From: Podarcis gaigeae
Taxonomy: Eukaryota
Assembly (NCBI GenBank): GCA_964106915.2
Contig: OZ066919.1
Length of the DNA: 64,000 nt
Direction: 5' to 3' (one strand)
The stretch's first letter is position 1. The number at the start of each line of letters is the position of its first letter. The notes under the pieces were generated by a model. It was not told the origin of the DNA, did no database searches, and saw only the letters and a program-made list of their open reading frames with translations. The position numbers were made by a program, and so were the translations under genes. Positions 12,185-24,659 of this stretch are shown here, piece by piece.

Positions 12185-12581
12185 CATTAGGAAAAGTTCC
12201 AGATTTAGTGTATTCATAAAAATTGACATTGCTCTCAGCCATTCTTTGAAATTCCCACTCTTCTGAATTTTGTAATGAAATTTCCCAACCAAGTCCTGTG
12301 TGCAAAAATGCATTTACTAGGGTGAAATGCATGCATTAGTGGAAATAGCATAAGCAAATACATTTTATTATGGGAAACTGTTTCACAAAACTGTGCATAT
12401 TAGGCAAAGCTGCATACAAAAATGTGCATGTAGGGGGAAAATTGTCTTAAAATTCTAACGGATTCATGAGGACTTCTAAAAATATTTTTCACAAAGTGAT
12501 GTTGTAATGTGGAGAACTGACCTTAAGTATGGAAAAATGGGAATTCAGATAAACCAAAAGTGACAGATTTGCCCATCGCTA
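12185..12581. mobile_element. Non-autonomous DNA element with internal aaaatgtgcatattagg-type repeats
   Basis: Related copies at ~23300-23790 and, inverted, 62307-62718; end tgacagatttgcccatcgcta matches the reverse complement of tagggatgggccaatctgtca at 62307. Confidence 0.6.
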
Positions 12582-13501
12582 GTCTGAGCTGCTATTTCTG
12601 AGAAAACTGATAACTGCATCTGAGTTGTGCGTAGATAGAATAGACTGAGGTACTTCTCTGTTTTCCTGTTGCCCTTTCCCAGTAAACTGCTTTATATCTC
12701 TGTTCTGTACAGAGGAAACTCTGACATTCTTTCAAGAGTTCTTTCCACAGCAAAGGAAAAACACTACAGAGGAGTGTTTTTCCTCAAACCTATCAAACTA
12801 ATGTTTATGGGAACAGTTTGACTAGGTTTTATTTTAACTTCCATTTTCCCAGGCATAAAGTATTCTGTGACAAATAATGTCCTCCCCCCCCCAAAAAAAG
12901 CCATTTGTAGTGATAGTGAAGTTTGCTGCATATATATTTTAACTGGTCTGATACTTGGGCTTGGAACCTGCCTATCTAAAAAGATCCTTTCAATTAGAAA
13001 TCTAGCAAGTGAGAGACAGCTGGGCTAGAGTCTTTTTTCCTGATGTGCTGGAGTGTTTGTTTAAAGAAGATGTTTGTTTGCTTGTTTGTTTGCTGTTTTG
13101 TTCCTTTGTAACATGGTGAAGCATTAAAAAATGACACACACATACACCAATCCCCTGTAACTTAAAGTAGAAAAATGCTACTCTGTCACTTAATTCAGCT
13201 GCATATAGACCAGGCTTGAACTAGTAGCCATCGCTATGCCTTGTGATATTGAGTTGCACAAGTTAATTACATAATTTGCACTTTCACTACATTTGTTTTC
13301 TTTAATGAAATTTGCAAATACAAAAAAAAACCATCAAGTTAAAAACGACAGTGGCAGCGATGATTCTAATAATTTGTATTTTTACTCCTCTTGCTCTTGT
13401 CACAACTACATTTTAAGGAGAAGTTGGAAAGAGAGTGTAAAGCAGAAAGCTGGAGGCATGAAGACAGATCATGGTGGAGAGGGAAGATGGAGATACGTAG
13501 T

Positions 13502-13504
<3 letters not shown>

Positions 13505-13540
<36 letters not shown>
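13505..13540. repeat. (GA)n microsatellite
   Basis: Seen directly. Confidence 0.95.
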
Positions 13541-13543
<3 letters not shown>

Positions 13544-13788
13544 GGGTCTCAAGTTGTAAGTTGGGGTTAAATGTGGGTGATGACTACTAAATTATATGTT
13601 GGGTGAACCTTTTCCAGTCAGCACCATTGGGGTGACCCTGAGTTCTAGTCCTATAAACGAATATCAGCAGGAGTCTGATTCCAGAGAAAGATCAGGACCA
13701 CCATGTTGTTGGGGGAGGGAGTATTTTGCTGTACTGGGCCCATGCCCAAGCTAGACTTTGACCTTTCAATTTTAAGCAAAGTCTATAG

Positions 13789-13920
13789 CAGGCATCCCCA
13801 AACTCGGCCCTCCAGATGTTTTGGGACTACAATTCCCATCATCCCTGACCACTGGTCCTGTTAGCTAGGGGTGGTGGGAGTTGTGGTCCCAAAACATCTG
13901 GAGGGCTGAGTTTGGGGATC
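13789..13920. mobile_element. Palindromic hAT-type MITE
   Basis: caggcatccccaaactcggccctccagatgttttgggactacaa ... ttgtggtcccaaaacatctggagggctgagtttggggat; near-complete fold-back; sister copy at ~58566-58700, looser relatives at ~26785-27040 and ~29290-29430. Confidence 0.8.
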
Positions 13921-15569
13921 TATAGTCTTGTAGCATGACAGTTACAAAGCCAAACATACCATTCTCTCCAACTGCTTTCTGAGAAACAAGCCTGCTCCCA
14001 GTTTGGGGGATTTTTTTAGCCAATGAGTTAAGCCTTAGCTATGATTGATCGGCACATGCTATAGAACAATTCAGAGCTGAGTGCCTCAGGGCAGATGGAA
14101 TGAATCAGGAAACATCTTCTCCAGACAATGGAGAAGGAACTTCCTAGTTCATTTTGAAGTCATTTTGAGTTTTTCCTTGAGGTGAGGGTGTGCGTGACTC
14201 TAGTTTTTCTTGAAATTCATACAGAAGAATGGCTGCCTGGGTCATTCTGAAGGAGCTTTCTGGTTCATTTTGAAGCTGCTGTTCATATTCCCTGGTAGAG
14301 GAGTGATTGCTACCCTGAGGGGGCAGGATTCACCTAACAAGCCCTGTCAGAGAAAGCCCCATGCAAGGACTTGTACTCAAGAAATGAAGTCCCCCCCACC
14401 CTGTCTTCCCCCTTCTAAAAGGAAATGCAGTTGAGGGTGGGGGGCTATAACATCAACAAGTGGATTTGCAGGTAGACATTCAACAAGCTAAGCTTATATT
14501 CTAAAATGGAGATACAGTTGTGGAAAAGATTTAAATGTCGATCAGATTGGATCAGTTGGTCAGATATCTTATTACTTGTATGTGGACTCCAAATTATTTG
14601 GAGGACCCGCTACCCTCACCTGCAAAAGAGAATACAGATTTGCATAAATATGCAGAAGAAACAAATCATACAAAACAATGTGTGATCTCTTGTGAGATGG
14701 AAAACCTAATCCACAGCATACTGAGCCCAGAAAATCTTGTGCACCCCTGGGGATTATGATGTCCTATAGAGGACCAGGCACTTTAAACCTTCATAGGACT
14801 GGAAAATTCAAGATCAAATTTGTAATGATCACAGACTGATAAAGTGTGATTTATCAGGCCAGGCAGGTTGTTTATTTCAGCTGTATCATTTCTGTTGTTT
14901 GAGGGAGGAATCAGTTGACTGTCTGGCTGCCAGTTGGGAATGTGTCGAGGTTCTCTTGGGTCAAGTTTGTGTGATACAGATTACTCCAAGTCAGATGGTC
15001 TTGACACAAAAAAAACTACATTACTTGTGCAAACAAAGCAATATTATTTATGTGAGTGATAGTGTTTGAACCATGCATCAACAGAAAATACCACTAGGCA
15101 TTGTGATTGCAGCTGCTACCAATTCTATTCAGCTCAGTGTAAACCATTGATAGAACAGAATAAAACAGCCAGCGGCAAGAGTGTGCAACTCGAGTTAATT
15201 TGATAGGCCAAGTTCTAATAAAAATTTCCCATGAATCCAACCTTATCTCAAGAAAATGCTGTAATCTTTTGTTGTGGATTCCAGTTCTCTCTAGAATGGG
15301 CAAATATTAACAATCTCATGTTTTGGTTGGAGATTGAAATCTGGATCTTGAACATAACCGGAAAAATGGGCAAAGAGCATTTGCCAAATGACATAATCCC
15401 TTCAAAAACAGATGTTTTCCCTGATGTACACTTGGGAGCATTAAGTTTGTTGTTCTCTTAGGAATCATTTGCCCCAAACCATGCTGTGAAGGCATGATGG
15501 GAATAAAGTTACATATATAAAAAATGACAGGAGAATAATGAAAACCACAAAGGCTATTATATCATAATG

Positions 15570-15705
15570 GGTAAAAGACTGAGCCAGCTGAGCCAGGAAG
15601 TCTTGAATTAAAATTTTGCATCTATCACTAGTTCATTCAGTGGCCTCCGGCAAGCCAATCTTACTCAACTTCAGCTCCCCACCTGCAATATGGGCATAAC
15701 AACAA
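15570..15705 (+). mobile_element. Decayed MIR/CORE-like SINE
   Basis: ggcaagcca...cttcagctccccacctgcaatatgggcataac resembles a CORE-SINE body; heavily diverged. Confidence 0.4.
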
Positions 15706-15905
15706 CAACAACAAAGAGTTGTATCCAGCCAAGTCTTACTTGGAGTAGACCTATTGAAATTAATCAACCTAAGCTAGCAATGCTCGTTAAAATTGTTACA
15801 GATCTGGGGCTACAGAGTTTGAGGGTGCAAGGGCACCCATAACTGCTAGAGTTTGTGAATGTTAGAAAGTAATAAAGGGGTAGGATTTAACTGATTTTTT
15901 TAGTA

Positions 15906-16134
15906 CAGTCATACCTCATGTTACGGCCGCTTCAGGTTATGTGTTTTAGGGTTGCGTACCGCGGGAAACTTGGAAGTACTGGAATGGGTTACTTCCGGGT
16001 TTCGCCCTTCGCACATGTGCAGAAGCGCCAAATCGCACTGGCGCCTGCGCACACATGGCGCTTCAGGATGCGAATGCTGCGGGTTGTGGACGTGCCTCTG
16101 TCACGGATTACGTCCACAACCCAAGATTCCACTG
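15906..16134. mobile_element. Tigger/pogo-like MITE
   Basis: TA|CAGTCATACCTC ... AAGATTCCACTG|TA; CpG-rich interior. Confidence 0.75.
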
Positions 16135-16922
16135 TATTGAAGGGAAGATGCCAATCCAGTGAAAAATAACAGGTGGAACTCCATTTCCATGCCAAGGCAT
16201 CACCTGGGATAGATGGCAAAAGGTGCTGATGGCCCATCATAGAGAAATCCTTGGGTCTCTGCCAATGAAGGTTGCCAAGTTTACACTGAGCGATGACATA
16301 GGTAGCAGGAAAATTGTGACCCTTCAAAGGCTTGGAATAGCAGAGAGAGGGGGGGAGCAGAGAGAAGGGGAAGAGTTACTTGGCATGGGACTTCTGGGAA
16401 GGAGAAGCAGGAAGCGGTGAGAACTCCATGTGGGAGGCTGAGGTGTGACACTCAGAAAGCCTCTGAATGCAATGCTGAGCTCCTGTGAAAGACCAGCCAC
16501 TCCTGAGATGCGAATGCTGTAAACTCTGTACTTTCTACACAAGTTGTGATTATGTGTTAATAAACCATATTTCTTAAAGACCCGACAGTCTCATCCACAT
16601 CTTAATTCCCAGTGGGAACACAACCCTGGAGTCCCTGGAATCTTACTACAGTGGTACCTCTGGTTAAGAACTTAATTCGTTCCGGAGGTCCGTTCTTAAC
16701 CTGAAACTGTTCTTAACCTGAGGTACCACGTTAGCTAATGGGGCCTCCCGCTACCACCGTGCCACCGCACGATTTATGTTCTCATCCTGAAGTAAAGTTC
16801 TTAACCCGAGTTACTACTTCCAGGTTAGCAGAGTCTGTAACCTGAAGCGTTTATAACCCAAAGCATTTGTAACCTGAGGTACCACTGTACCTCTCAACAA
16901 AGATTGAGGGTGGCGCGTAACC
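16135..16922 (+). mobile_element. Probable solo LTR interrupted by a MITE
   Basis: Purine-rich U3-like tract, AATAAA at 16559-16564, ends gggtggcgcgtaac as expected of a TG...CA LTR end. 5' boundary and TSD not resolved. Confidence 0.4.
16649..16887. mobile_element. Tigger/pogo-like MITE
   Basis: TA|CAGTGGTACCTC ... GAGGTACCACTG|TA, perfect 12-bp TIR; same family inverted at 54225-54449. Confidence 0.9.
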
Positions 16923-17340
16923 TTTGTAACAATACGAGTAACTCTGCTCTGAGTAGGACTACCATTTGATACAACCATAAAGATCACTTAGAAAACATAC
17001 ACAAAGAATTTTCAACATTCTCTCATTATTATTACTACTGTTATTTATTAGACTTGTTAGCTGCTTGGTACCAAATGACTTGTCTTCAAGTGACTTACAG
17101 CAGTTAGAGAAACACAAACATATTACAGGCAGTGACTATTTTACGTGCATCTGATTGACAAGCAATCACGCACATGCTCATCTCTGCCAACCCAAAGTGG
17201 CCTGAAAACAGGGCGGAACGGGGCATGCTTATGCGCACTCCGCCAATGCTCATGAGGGTCAGAAAGGGACCCCCCCACACACAGACACAAAAAATGGTTG
17301 CTGCCTGTATACCATATATATACACACACACACACATACA

Positions 17341-17668
17341 CAGGAGCCTAGGACTTGCTGATCAGAAGGTTGGTGGTTTGAATCCCCGCGACGGGGTGAG
17401 CTCCTATTGCTCGGTCCCTGCTCCTGCCAACCTAGCAGTTCGAAAGCACATCAAAGTGCAAGTAGATAAATAGGTACCGCTCCGGCAGAAAGATAAACGG
17501 CGTTTCCGTGCACTGCTCTGGTTCGCCAGAAGTGGCTTAGTCATGCTGGCCACATGACCCGGAAGCTGTACGCCAGCTCCCTTGGCCAATAAAGCAAGAT
17601 GAGCGCCGCAACCCCAGAGTCGGCCACGACTGGACCTAATGGTCAGGGGTCCCTTTCCCTTTCCCTTT
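17341..17668 (+). mobile_element. Sauria SINE (5'-truncated)
   Basis: Diagnostic ctgccaacctagcagttcgaaagca and gcaagtagataaataggtaccgc blocks, (CCTTT)n tail; highly similar to 41271-41620. Confidence 0.9.
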
Positions 17669-19074
17669 AATGTACTCTAGCCATATATAAATTAAATAAA
17701 AGCTTCTGGTGGAACATTTACTGACTCATTTCTAACTTTCTGCCTACACATGGAGCTATCATCTGAGAATTGCAGAGTTTCATGAATGGATCCATGGTTG
17801 GAACCCTAGATTTCTGACCACTGATAGCTTGTTACTGCTTACCTTGGCTGAATTTACATAAAACAGAAAACATAACACTTGACTGAAATACTTAACACCC
17901 ACTCTCAGGCTTCTGATCCACCAAACCTGCCTATTCTAGAACTTCGTGTGACTTCAGAATATTTATTTTTAGCTCTGTTTCACCAGAGTCTGGCCCTGAC
18001 CCATGACCCACATGACATGTATATACTGAATTCCAGAAGCTCCATCCTGTTTGACGCACAGATTGACCAAAAGGAGGAAAAAGCTGCGAGGCCCTAACTT
18101 TCTCCTCAGTCTCCTCCCTCTCAAGCGCCACTATTGTTTGGAAGAGGGATCACCTTATTTCAATCTCTGTGTGGGAAGATTTTATCCATTGTGAAACCCG
18201 CAGTGAAAGAGCCATCTGAAATACGGCATTTCCAAAACAGGAAGGCCAAGTGTTTCTTTGTTATTTCCCTCTTCTCCTGCCTGGTGACAATGAAAAAGGA
18301 GGTAGCGCTTATGATTTCAAAACAATAAGAGCTGCCTTGGCTTCTTTCCCTTTAAAACCTTACAGAAAATAATCCTAAGTAGGATCCACTTGGTCACTAT
18401 GTAATATTAAAATGTTTTTGATTATAATGGCATATATTGATTATAAAAGTCATCAACTTTAAAATTGCTTTTATAGAAAATTATTATTATTTATTTGCCA
18501 TCAATGCATACAGATGTGAAATTGTTGACAAATATTTTGGTTCATGTTCCCTCTTTTTGTTAGTTTATCTTTTATTGTTTAACAACTGTGTTCCTGATTC
18601 TGTTCATCCAGTGTAGCTATCACAGGGCAAAGTACGGCTTTCATTGGCACAGCTAAAGCAAAGCTTAGTCCAGAGCTTAGTTTTCCTAAGCCCTGTAGCT
18701 CTGTTCTCCATTAATAATGTCATGATGAAACATCCACACCCCAGTACTAATGCACCATCATATAACATTCCAATGGCCACTTTGGGCAAATTATACCAAT
18801 TAACTAGATGAGGGAATCTGTATCTATGTGGGTTATAGCAAGGAACTTGACCTTTGTGGGACTGGTTCACCCACCCCATGGAGTCCTTTGCTCATGAGGT
18901 CCACAAGCAACTGCCACTGATATTGTATTCTGTTTCTTTGGAAAGCTTTTGAGTTCTACAGAAGCCAGTGACAGCCTACTTGGCTAATTGATACTGGTAT
19001 AGTATAAACTAATGCTGAAGAGAACATTTGTTTAACATCTGTTTGTTTGACTTTTCTTTTCTGGCTTTTTGCAG

Positions 19075-19210
19075 CACCAGTTCAAAAAACAAAAAGGAAT
19101 GGACCTAACAAATGTAGTTTGTGAAGAAAACCCATCTCAATGCAATATCAAACTGTCAGAATCAGAAGTGAAGCGCAACTGCATACTGCTGGTTGAGGCA
19201 GCAAATAAAG
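19075..19210 (+). CDS. CD34: CD34 exon 5 (globular domain)
   Basis: Acceptor ctttttgcag, donor AAG|GTCAGT; 136 nt, phase 0-1; HQFKKQKGMDLTNVVCEENPSQCNIKLSESEVKRNCILLVEAANK aligns with human EFKKDRGEGLARVLC...[22 protein letters not shown]. Confidence 0.95.
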
Positions 19211-21350
19211 GTCAGTTGAGTAAGTTGGTGTAAAACTTGTGTATAGAGCAAGATATGGTTTTACCGAGATTGTGTATATATGTCAGGGAGTGAGCGGCTT
19301 GTTGTAGTTAGATAACTTATCTTTCAATGAGTTCTTTTGTCTGTTTTCATTACTTCACACTTGGGAGGGTGGTGGGGTACGGAAAGCAAAATTGCATCTT
19401 AGCTTTCATCAGTAATCACTGTTCGTTCTCAATGCATCATCTGTTCCTTAAAAGGTAAGATCCTCCAAATCAAGGTATGGAATTCCACAGTCCCAAGAAT
19501 ATCCCATCCAATATCTCATGCTTGAAAAACATAAAACAAACACTATAGTACTAATCTACAGCTGTGTGTGATGGGCATCTGGCTGTGAATTTTATGTTGT
19601 TTCTTCCCTTCCAGTTGTTATTTATTGAAAGTTTGTTATGAATTGTACCCACGCCCCAAAAGATGGTGGGCATTTTTACTCCTGAGATTTAAAGCAGTTC
19701 TTGCTGCAGTTGCTATAATACAGGAATGGGGAACCTTTTTCAGCCTGAGGGCCACATTTCATCATGGGCAACCTTGAAGAGAGCACATGACAGTGGTGGG
19801 TGAGGCCAGAGCCAAAAGAGTGCAGAGCTGTAAGCTGTACTGTAGGCTACATTCTGTACTGTAGGGTACATTCCACTCACAAGGTCTGGCCCAAGACATT
19901 TTGCTGTCTGAGACAAATGACAAGATGGAGGTACAAAAGCCAACCAAAGTGGCAGTTGAAATTTACTTCAAAACTGGCAATAGGATACATACCCTCCAAG
20001 TGTCCTGATTTTTCTGGGATGAGCCCAGAATTCCTAAAGCCATCACAGCTTCTGACTGGATCCTGGGGCTCCCCAAGTTCCCCCAGCCACTGGACAGGGG
20101 CCACAGAGGCACCTCCTGGGGCAGCTGCAGCATTGGGAAGGAAGCATGAGGCCTCCTTCCCAAAGTCTACTTAGCACTTACTAGACTTTGGCAAGAAGGT
20201 GGGTGGACTCTTGGACCCTGGCAGAGCCCTCATGCCTTCTTCCCAAAGCCATAAAAGCCTCTCCTCTTGCTGCTTTCTTCAGGTGAAGGAGAATAGGCTT
20301 TCCCAGCCAATGCACCGCTCCCGTGCCTCTGATTCCAGACTGTCCAACTATAGTAAAGTTTTCTCTGGCAGGTTCAGTGTTTTGTTTGCTTGTTTCTAGT
20401 TACCCGCAACTTCATTGCTAGATGATAACCAATTCATAACCTGCAAAATGTAAGCCAACTAACAACACCAAGAAAAAGAAAAACGATGTTTCCCCCTGCT
20501 TGCGTTCATCCTTTGAGTGTGACCTATCACTTTCCTGGCTGCATTTGTGGCACTGCAATAAAGTGGTATGTTCTCCTTGATCCATAACCCAGAGCTTTCC
20601 AAAGGTGCTACTGGAAGGAATTTTTAAAATTTATTTATTTTGTTTCAACTACGGCAGACCAACACGGCTACCTACCTGTAACTGCTCCATACCTGTTAGT
20701 GTCTTCCACCTGAGCTGGCTGTATCCCTCTGCCCCAAGGCAGGGCCAGTTGTACCAGCCATGCAAAAGCCAGAGGATTCTATACAAACACACCTCTCTCT
20801 CCAATCTTCACCCAGATAAACAAAAGACATTAGCACAGTTCAAGTTTTTAATGTGTGATATTTTAGTGTATTTTTGGTTTCTATGGAAGCCGCCCAGAGT
20901 GGCTGGGGATACCCAGCCAGATGGGCGGGGTACAAATAATAAATTATTATATTATTATTAAGGATATATTGTGGCCAGGCAAAGGCGCCCATGGACAATG
21001 CAAAGCCAATGAGGGGTGTGGCCTGGGGGAAGTCCTGAGAGCCAGGCAGATAAGGCTGGAGGTTCAGCCTATGGACCAGACCCTGTTTTTATAATATATT
21101 TTATAATTATAAAATATTTAGTGTTGCCCAGAATGCTCATCCACAATTCAAACACATTTCCTTGGCATTAGCAATCAGGTGCTCTTATAAAAAGCACAAG
21201 CGATGTTTTGGTGATATAAGCATGTGTGCGAAGATGCTTGTTGTCCTCATAGTCTCTTCCAGTTTTACAACAATGAATACCAAAGAAAGGTAACAGATGG
21301 ACACAAATTTTATTGTGTGATGGATCTTTTGTTTGTTTTGAAATCAACAG

Positions 21351-21403
21351 GTCCAAGTGCATTAGAAACGGTTCTTCACCAGAAGGCAGCATTTTTGGAA
21401 CAG
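21351..21403 (+). CDS. CD34: CD34 exon 6 (stalk)
   Basis: aacag acceptor, CAG|GTAATA donor; 53 nt, phase 1-0, bridging exons 5 and 7 in frame; (G)PSALETVLHQKAAFLEQ. Confidence 0.88.
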
Positions 21404-21916
21404 GTAATAAATGAGGGATAGGTAATAAATTAAGAATGTGGGGGAGCTGAGTTAGGTACAATAAGAAACCGCAACATCTAAAATATGTTAAAATCTGGAC
21501 AAAATATGTGAGTGCTAGTAACTCTCTGTCGTAGAAATCATATGAATGTCCAACTGTCTCATTAAGATGTTAGGAGTGCCCCTTTCCCTCTACAGAGCTA
21601 CAATTTCCAGGCTTCCATGGAAAGATGGATTGACTGTTAAACCACTCTGGTAATTTGTGGCTCAGTGAGGGGAACAGGGGTCTCCGAGCCACTTTCAACA
21701 TGCTTAACAAACTACAGTTCCCAGGATTCTTGGAGGGAAGCAATGACTGTTTAAAGTGGTTATGATACTGCTTTAAATCCTTTTACTTTGAACTAACATG
21801 TGGGTCCCTGCTGCCACTTTTTAAGCACTGCCCCCATCAAGTCTAGCCACAGCACGTTGCCACTGGTTCAGCATTCAAAGTATCTTAACCAACATCCATC
21901 TATCTATCCATCTCTC

Positions 21917-22084
21917 CAGTGCTTTTTTCTGGGGGGACAGGGGACGCAGGGGGCATGCATACTCCTAAACATTTTGTGAGTCTTTGTACTTTTGTCCATT
22001 TACTGTATTTACTTTTCCTGATTTGAACTATAAAATGGTGATTTTCTTGAGTACCTCTAAACATCGTTTTAGAAAAAAGCACTC
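21917..22084. mobile_element. hAT-type MITE
   Basis: TIR CAGTGCTTTTTTCT ... AGAAAAAAGCACT. Confidence 0.7.
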
Positions 22085-22105
22085 TACCTATCTATCTATT
22101 TCTCA

Positions 22106-22110
<5 letters not shown>

Positions 22111-22155
<45 letters not shown>
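22111..22155. repeat. (CA)n microsatellite
   Basis: Seen directly. Confidence 0.95.
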
Positions 22156-22157
<2 letters not shown>

Positions 22158-23477
22158 ATGTCTGCATATGATTTGCTTATATAAATTCTGTGGAAGGACG
22201 TGTGGATCCAGAATTGGCCTCCACAGTCAGTTATGGACTCACAAACCGTGTTTATAGAAGACAATCTTACTCAGCTACGAGTGATCACCAAAGAAGAAGA
22301 GCAACATTGTTCTGACTAAACAGAGCATATAACAACATATTGAGAGAGATATGCCACAAGTGGTTTCTTCTTCTTTATTATTATTTATATTCAGCCTTTT
22401 CCCCAAAACCAGGCCTTAAGGCAGAGCACAAAAATTAAAACAAACATGAAAAGCTAAAAGCATAAAGGATAACAGTTAAAAAGTAATTAAACTATAATAG
22501 AATTAACACGACATGAAAACAGATCTATAAAATCCAGTAAACAAAAGTGTTTTCCTTAAAAACAGTCAGCTCCCAAAAGCCCACTGGAATAAAACAGTCT
22601 TCACTTTGCTGGCAGAAATATAAGAAGGAGGGAGCCTATTTAGCTTCTCTGGGAAGGGAGTTCCAAAGTTTGGGATCAGCCACTGAGAAGGCTTTATAAA
22701 GTCATCACCTTTGTGCAGTCATCACTTCTGAGCCCAGTCAAGTTTTTATGCTGCAGGGGTTTGGCCAATTATATTGCTAGACCTACAGTCCTATTATAGT
22801 TTTAATAAAGGTCTCCAGTAGTAATTCATTGCACATTTTGGCACTTTACATCTTTGAAGTGTAATAATACATTAATTAATTAATCAATCCTCACTATTCT
22901 CTAGTGAGGCAGGTCTCTGCTTGTAAAGCTGGACTCCAGGCACCTATAAAAATAGCACTGAAAAGCTAAATGTGCACATTGCTGCCACAGCTGTCATGCA
23001 GTAAATCTCAGGGAAAAACCACTAGGTGAAAAATTAATTTTGGAGATAGCTGAAAATTAGATGTGATGCAGGAAGCAGTAAAATGTGAGACGTAAGGGTC
23101 TTATGCACTTCAGGGTCCCACCCAGAGTGGCTGGGGAAGCTGGGCCAGATGGGTGGGGTATTATTATTATTATTAATAATAATAAAAACTTGATTGTGGG
23201 TACAATTCATAGCACTGAAAAGGGGAATTGAATCATTTCCCATATGCTAATATACAGGATGCTAAACTGAGCATCAGGCAGTGTGATATGGGATTTCCAT
23301 GCTGGTTGATTAGGGAGAAATTCTATTTCGTCTGTATTTAAAGGCAAACTTACCCAATTTGCACTTTTCCAAAACAAAATGTGAACCAAAACACAACCAT
23401 CCTTCAAAATTCACACTTCTCTGAGTTTTGCAGTGCAGTTCTTGATCACGTAATGTGCACAAAAATACACATACTAG

Positions 23478-23626
23478 CTGTGCTTTTCTTCTGGAGAAAA
23501 GGTGCCGGTACTCACCATGAAGTTGTTACAGTAAGTGCCACACATTTAACCAATGCTTTTCTTCTAAGGAAAAAAAATATGTGCTGGTACCGTGTAACCT
23601 TGAGTACTCCCAGAAAAAAAGCACTG
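23478..23626. mobile_element. hAT-type MITE nested in an older DNA element
   Basis: TIR CTGTGCTTTTCTTCTGG ... CCAGAAAAAAAGCACTG; 8-bp TSD catactag/catactaa. Confidence 0.8.
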
Positions 23627-24494
23627 CATACTAATGTAAAACATATATTAGTGAAAACAACATACAAAAATGTATAGTGTTAGGGAAAATGTAATGCAAA
23701 CATCTGTATATCAGGTAAAATTGCATTAAAAAATGTGTATTTTAGGAGAAATCTCCACAAGCTCGACTGACATTTTAAGTACTTTGAAAAATCTGTGCAT
23801 GTGTATTCACAGGGCAGCCCAGGTATTAGGCAGGGTGAGGCCGCTGCTGCTGCAGGTGGTGGAAGCCCCTTTAAGGGCATTCCCATGAGTGCCCCACCTG
23901 CCCCACTGCCTCCACCATTGGCAGAGAAGTAGCGCTGATTTCTGGTGAGGGCTCAATGGAATCATCTCACCCAAAATTGGCACCAGTACCAGCACCACTG
24001 ATGTGCTGGTGGTGGAGGCAGCAGGGTGGACAGGGCAGGGAAGCACTTCCTGTTTCTCCTCAAGTGGTGAAATGGCACCCGCCGCCCCTGTGTAGTCAGT
24101 TGAACAAATTTCCTTCAAGAAGAAAATAAACCCAAGGGTGGATAATATTATATTAAAAGTTGTAGCAATTTAAGATGCCCCATAGAACTGTTCCACTGGT
24201 TTTCACTAGGGGCTGCATCAATACTTCCCTTTTTTCAGGGAAGAATTTTCAAAAACGGTACCTAGGCTATGGCTTAATCTTATATGTGAAAGTAAGTTCT
24301 ACTGTAAGTACCTTGCAGTGAGACTGTGATAGTAAATGTGTCTGTAAATTTTATGTTTCACCTTTCCCCTCCCAACCCTACTTGAAATTGAAAAAAGAAA
24401 CCAAACTGAGAATTTTGGGTGTAAATGGGAGAGCCTCTGAATGTAATATGCTTCCTGTTTATGTTAATTTTGGCTCTGTTCTGTATTTTTTCAG

Positions 24495-24659
24495 CTAGGG
24501 ATAAAGCCCCACAAACAGGAGGACATTTCGAGTCACAAGGACTATTCCCGGAAGACACTTATTGCCTTGGTCACCTCTGGTTTGCTGCTGGCATTTCTGG
24601 GATTGGCTGCATACTTCCTTATGAAACGACAGAGCTGGAGCCCCATGGGAGAGAGGCTG
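24495..24659 (+). CDS. CD34: CD34 exon 7 (transmembrane domain)
   Basis: 165 nt, phase 0-0; [55 protein letters not shown] versus human ...[43 protein letters not shown]. Confidence 0.98.
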
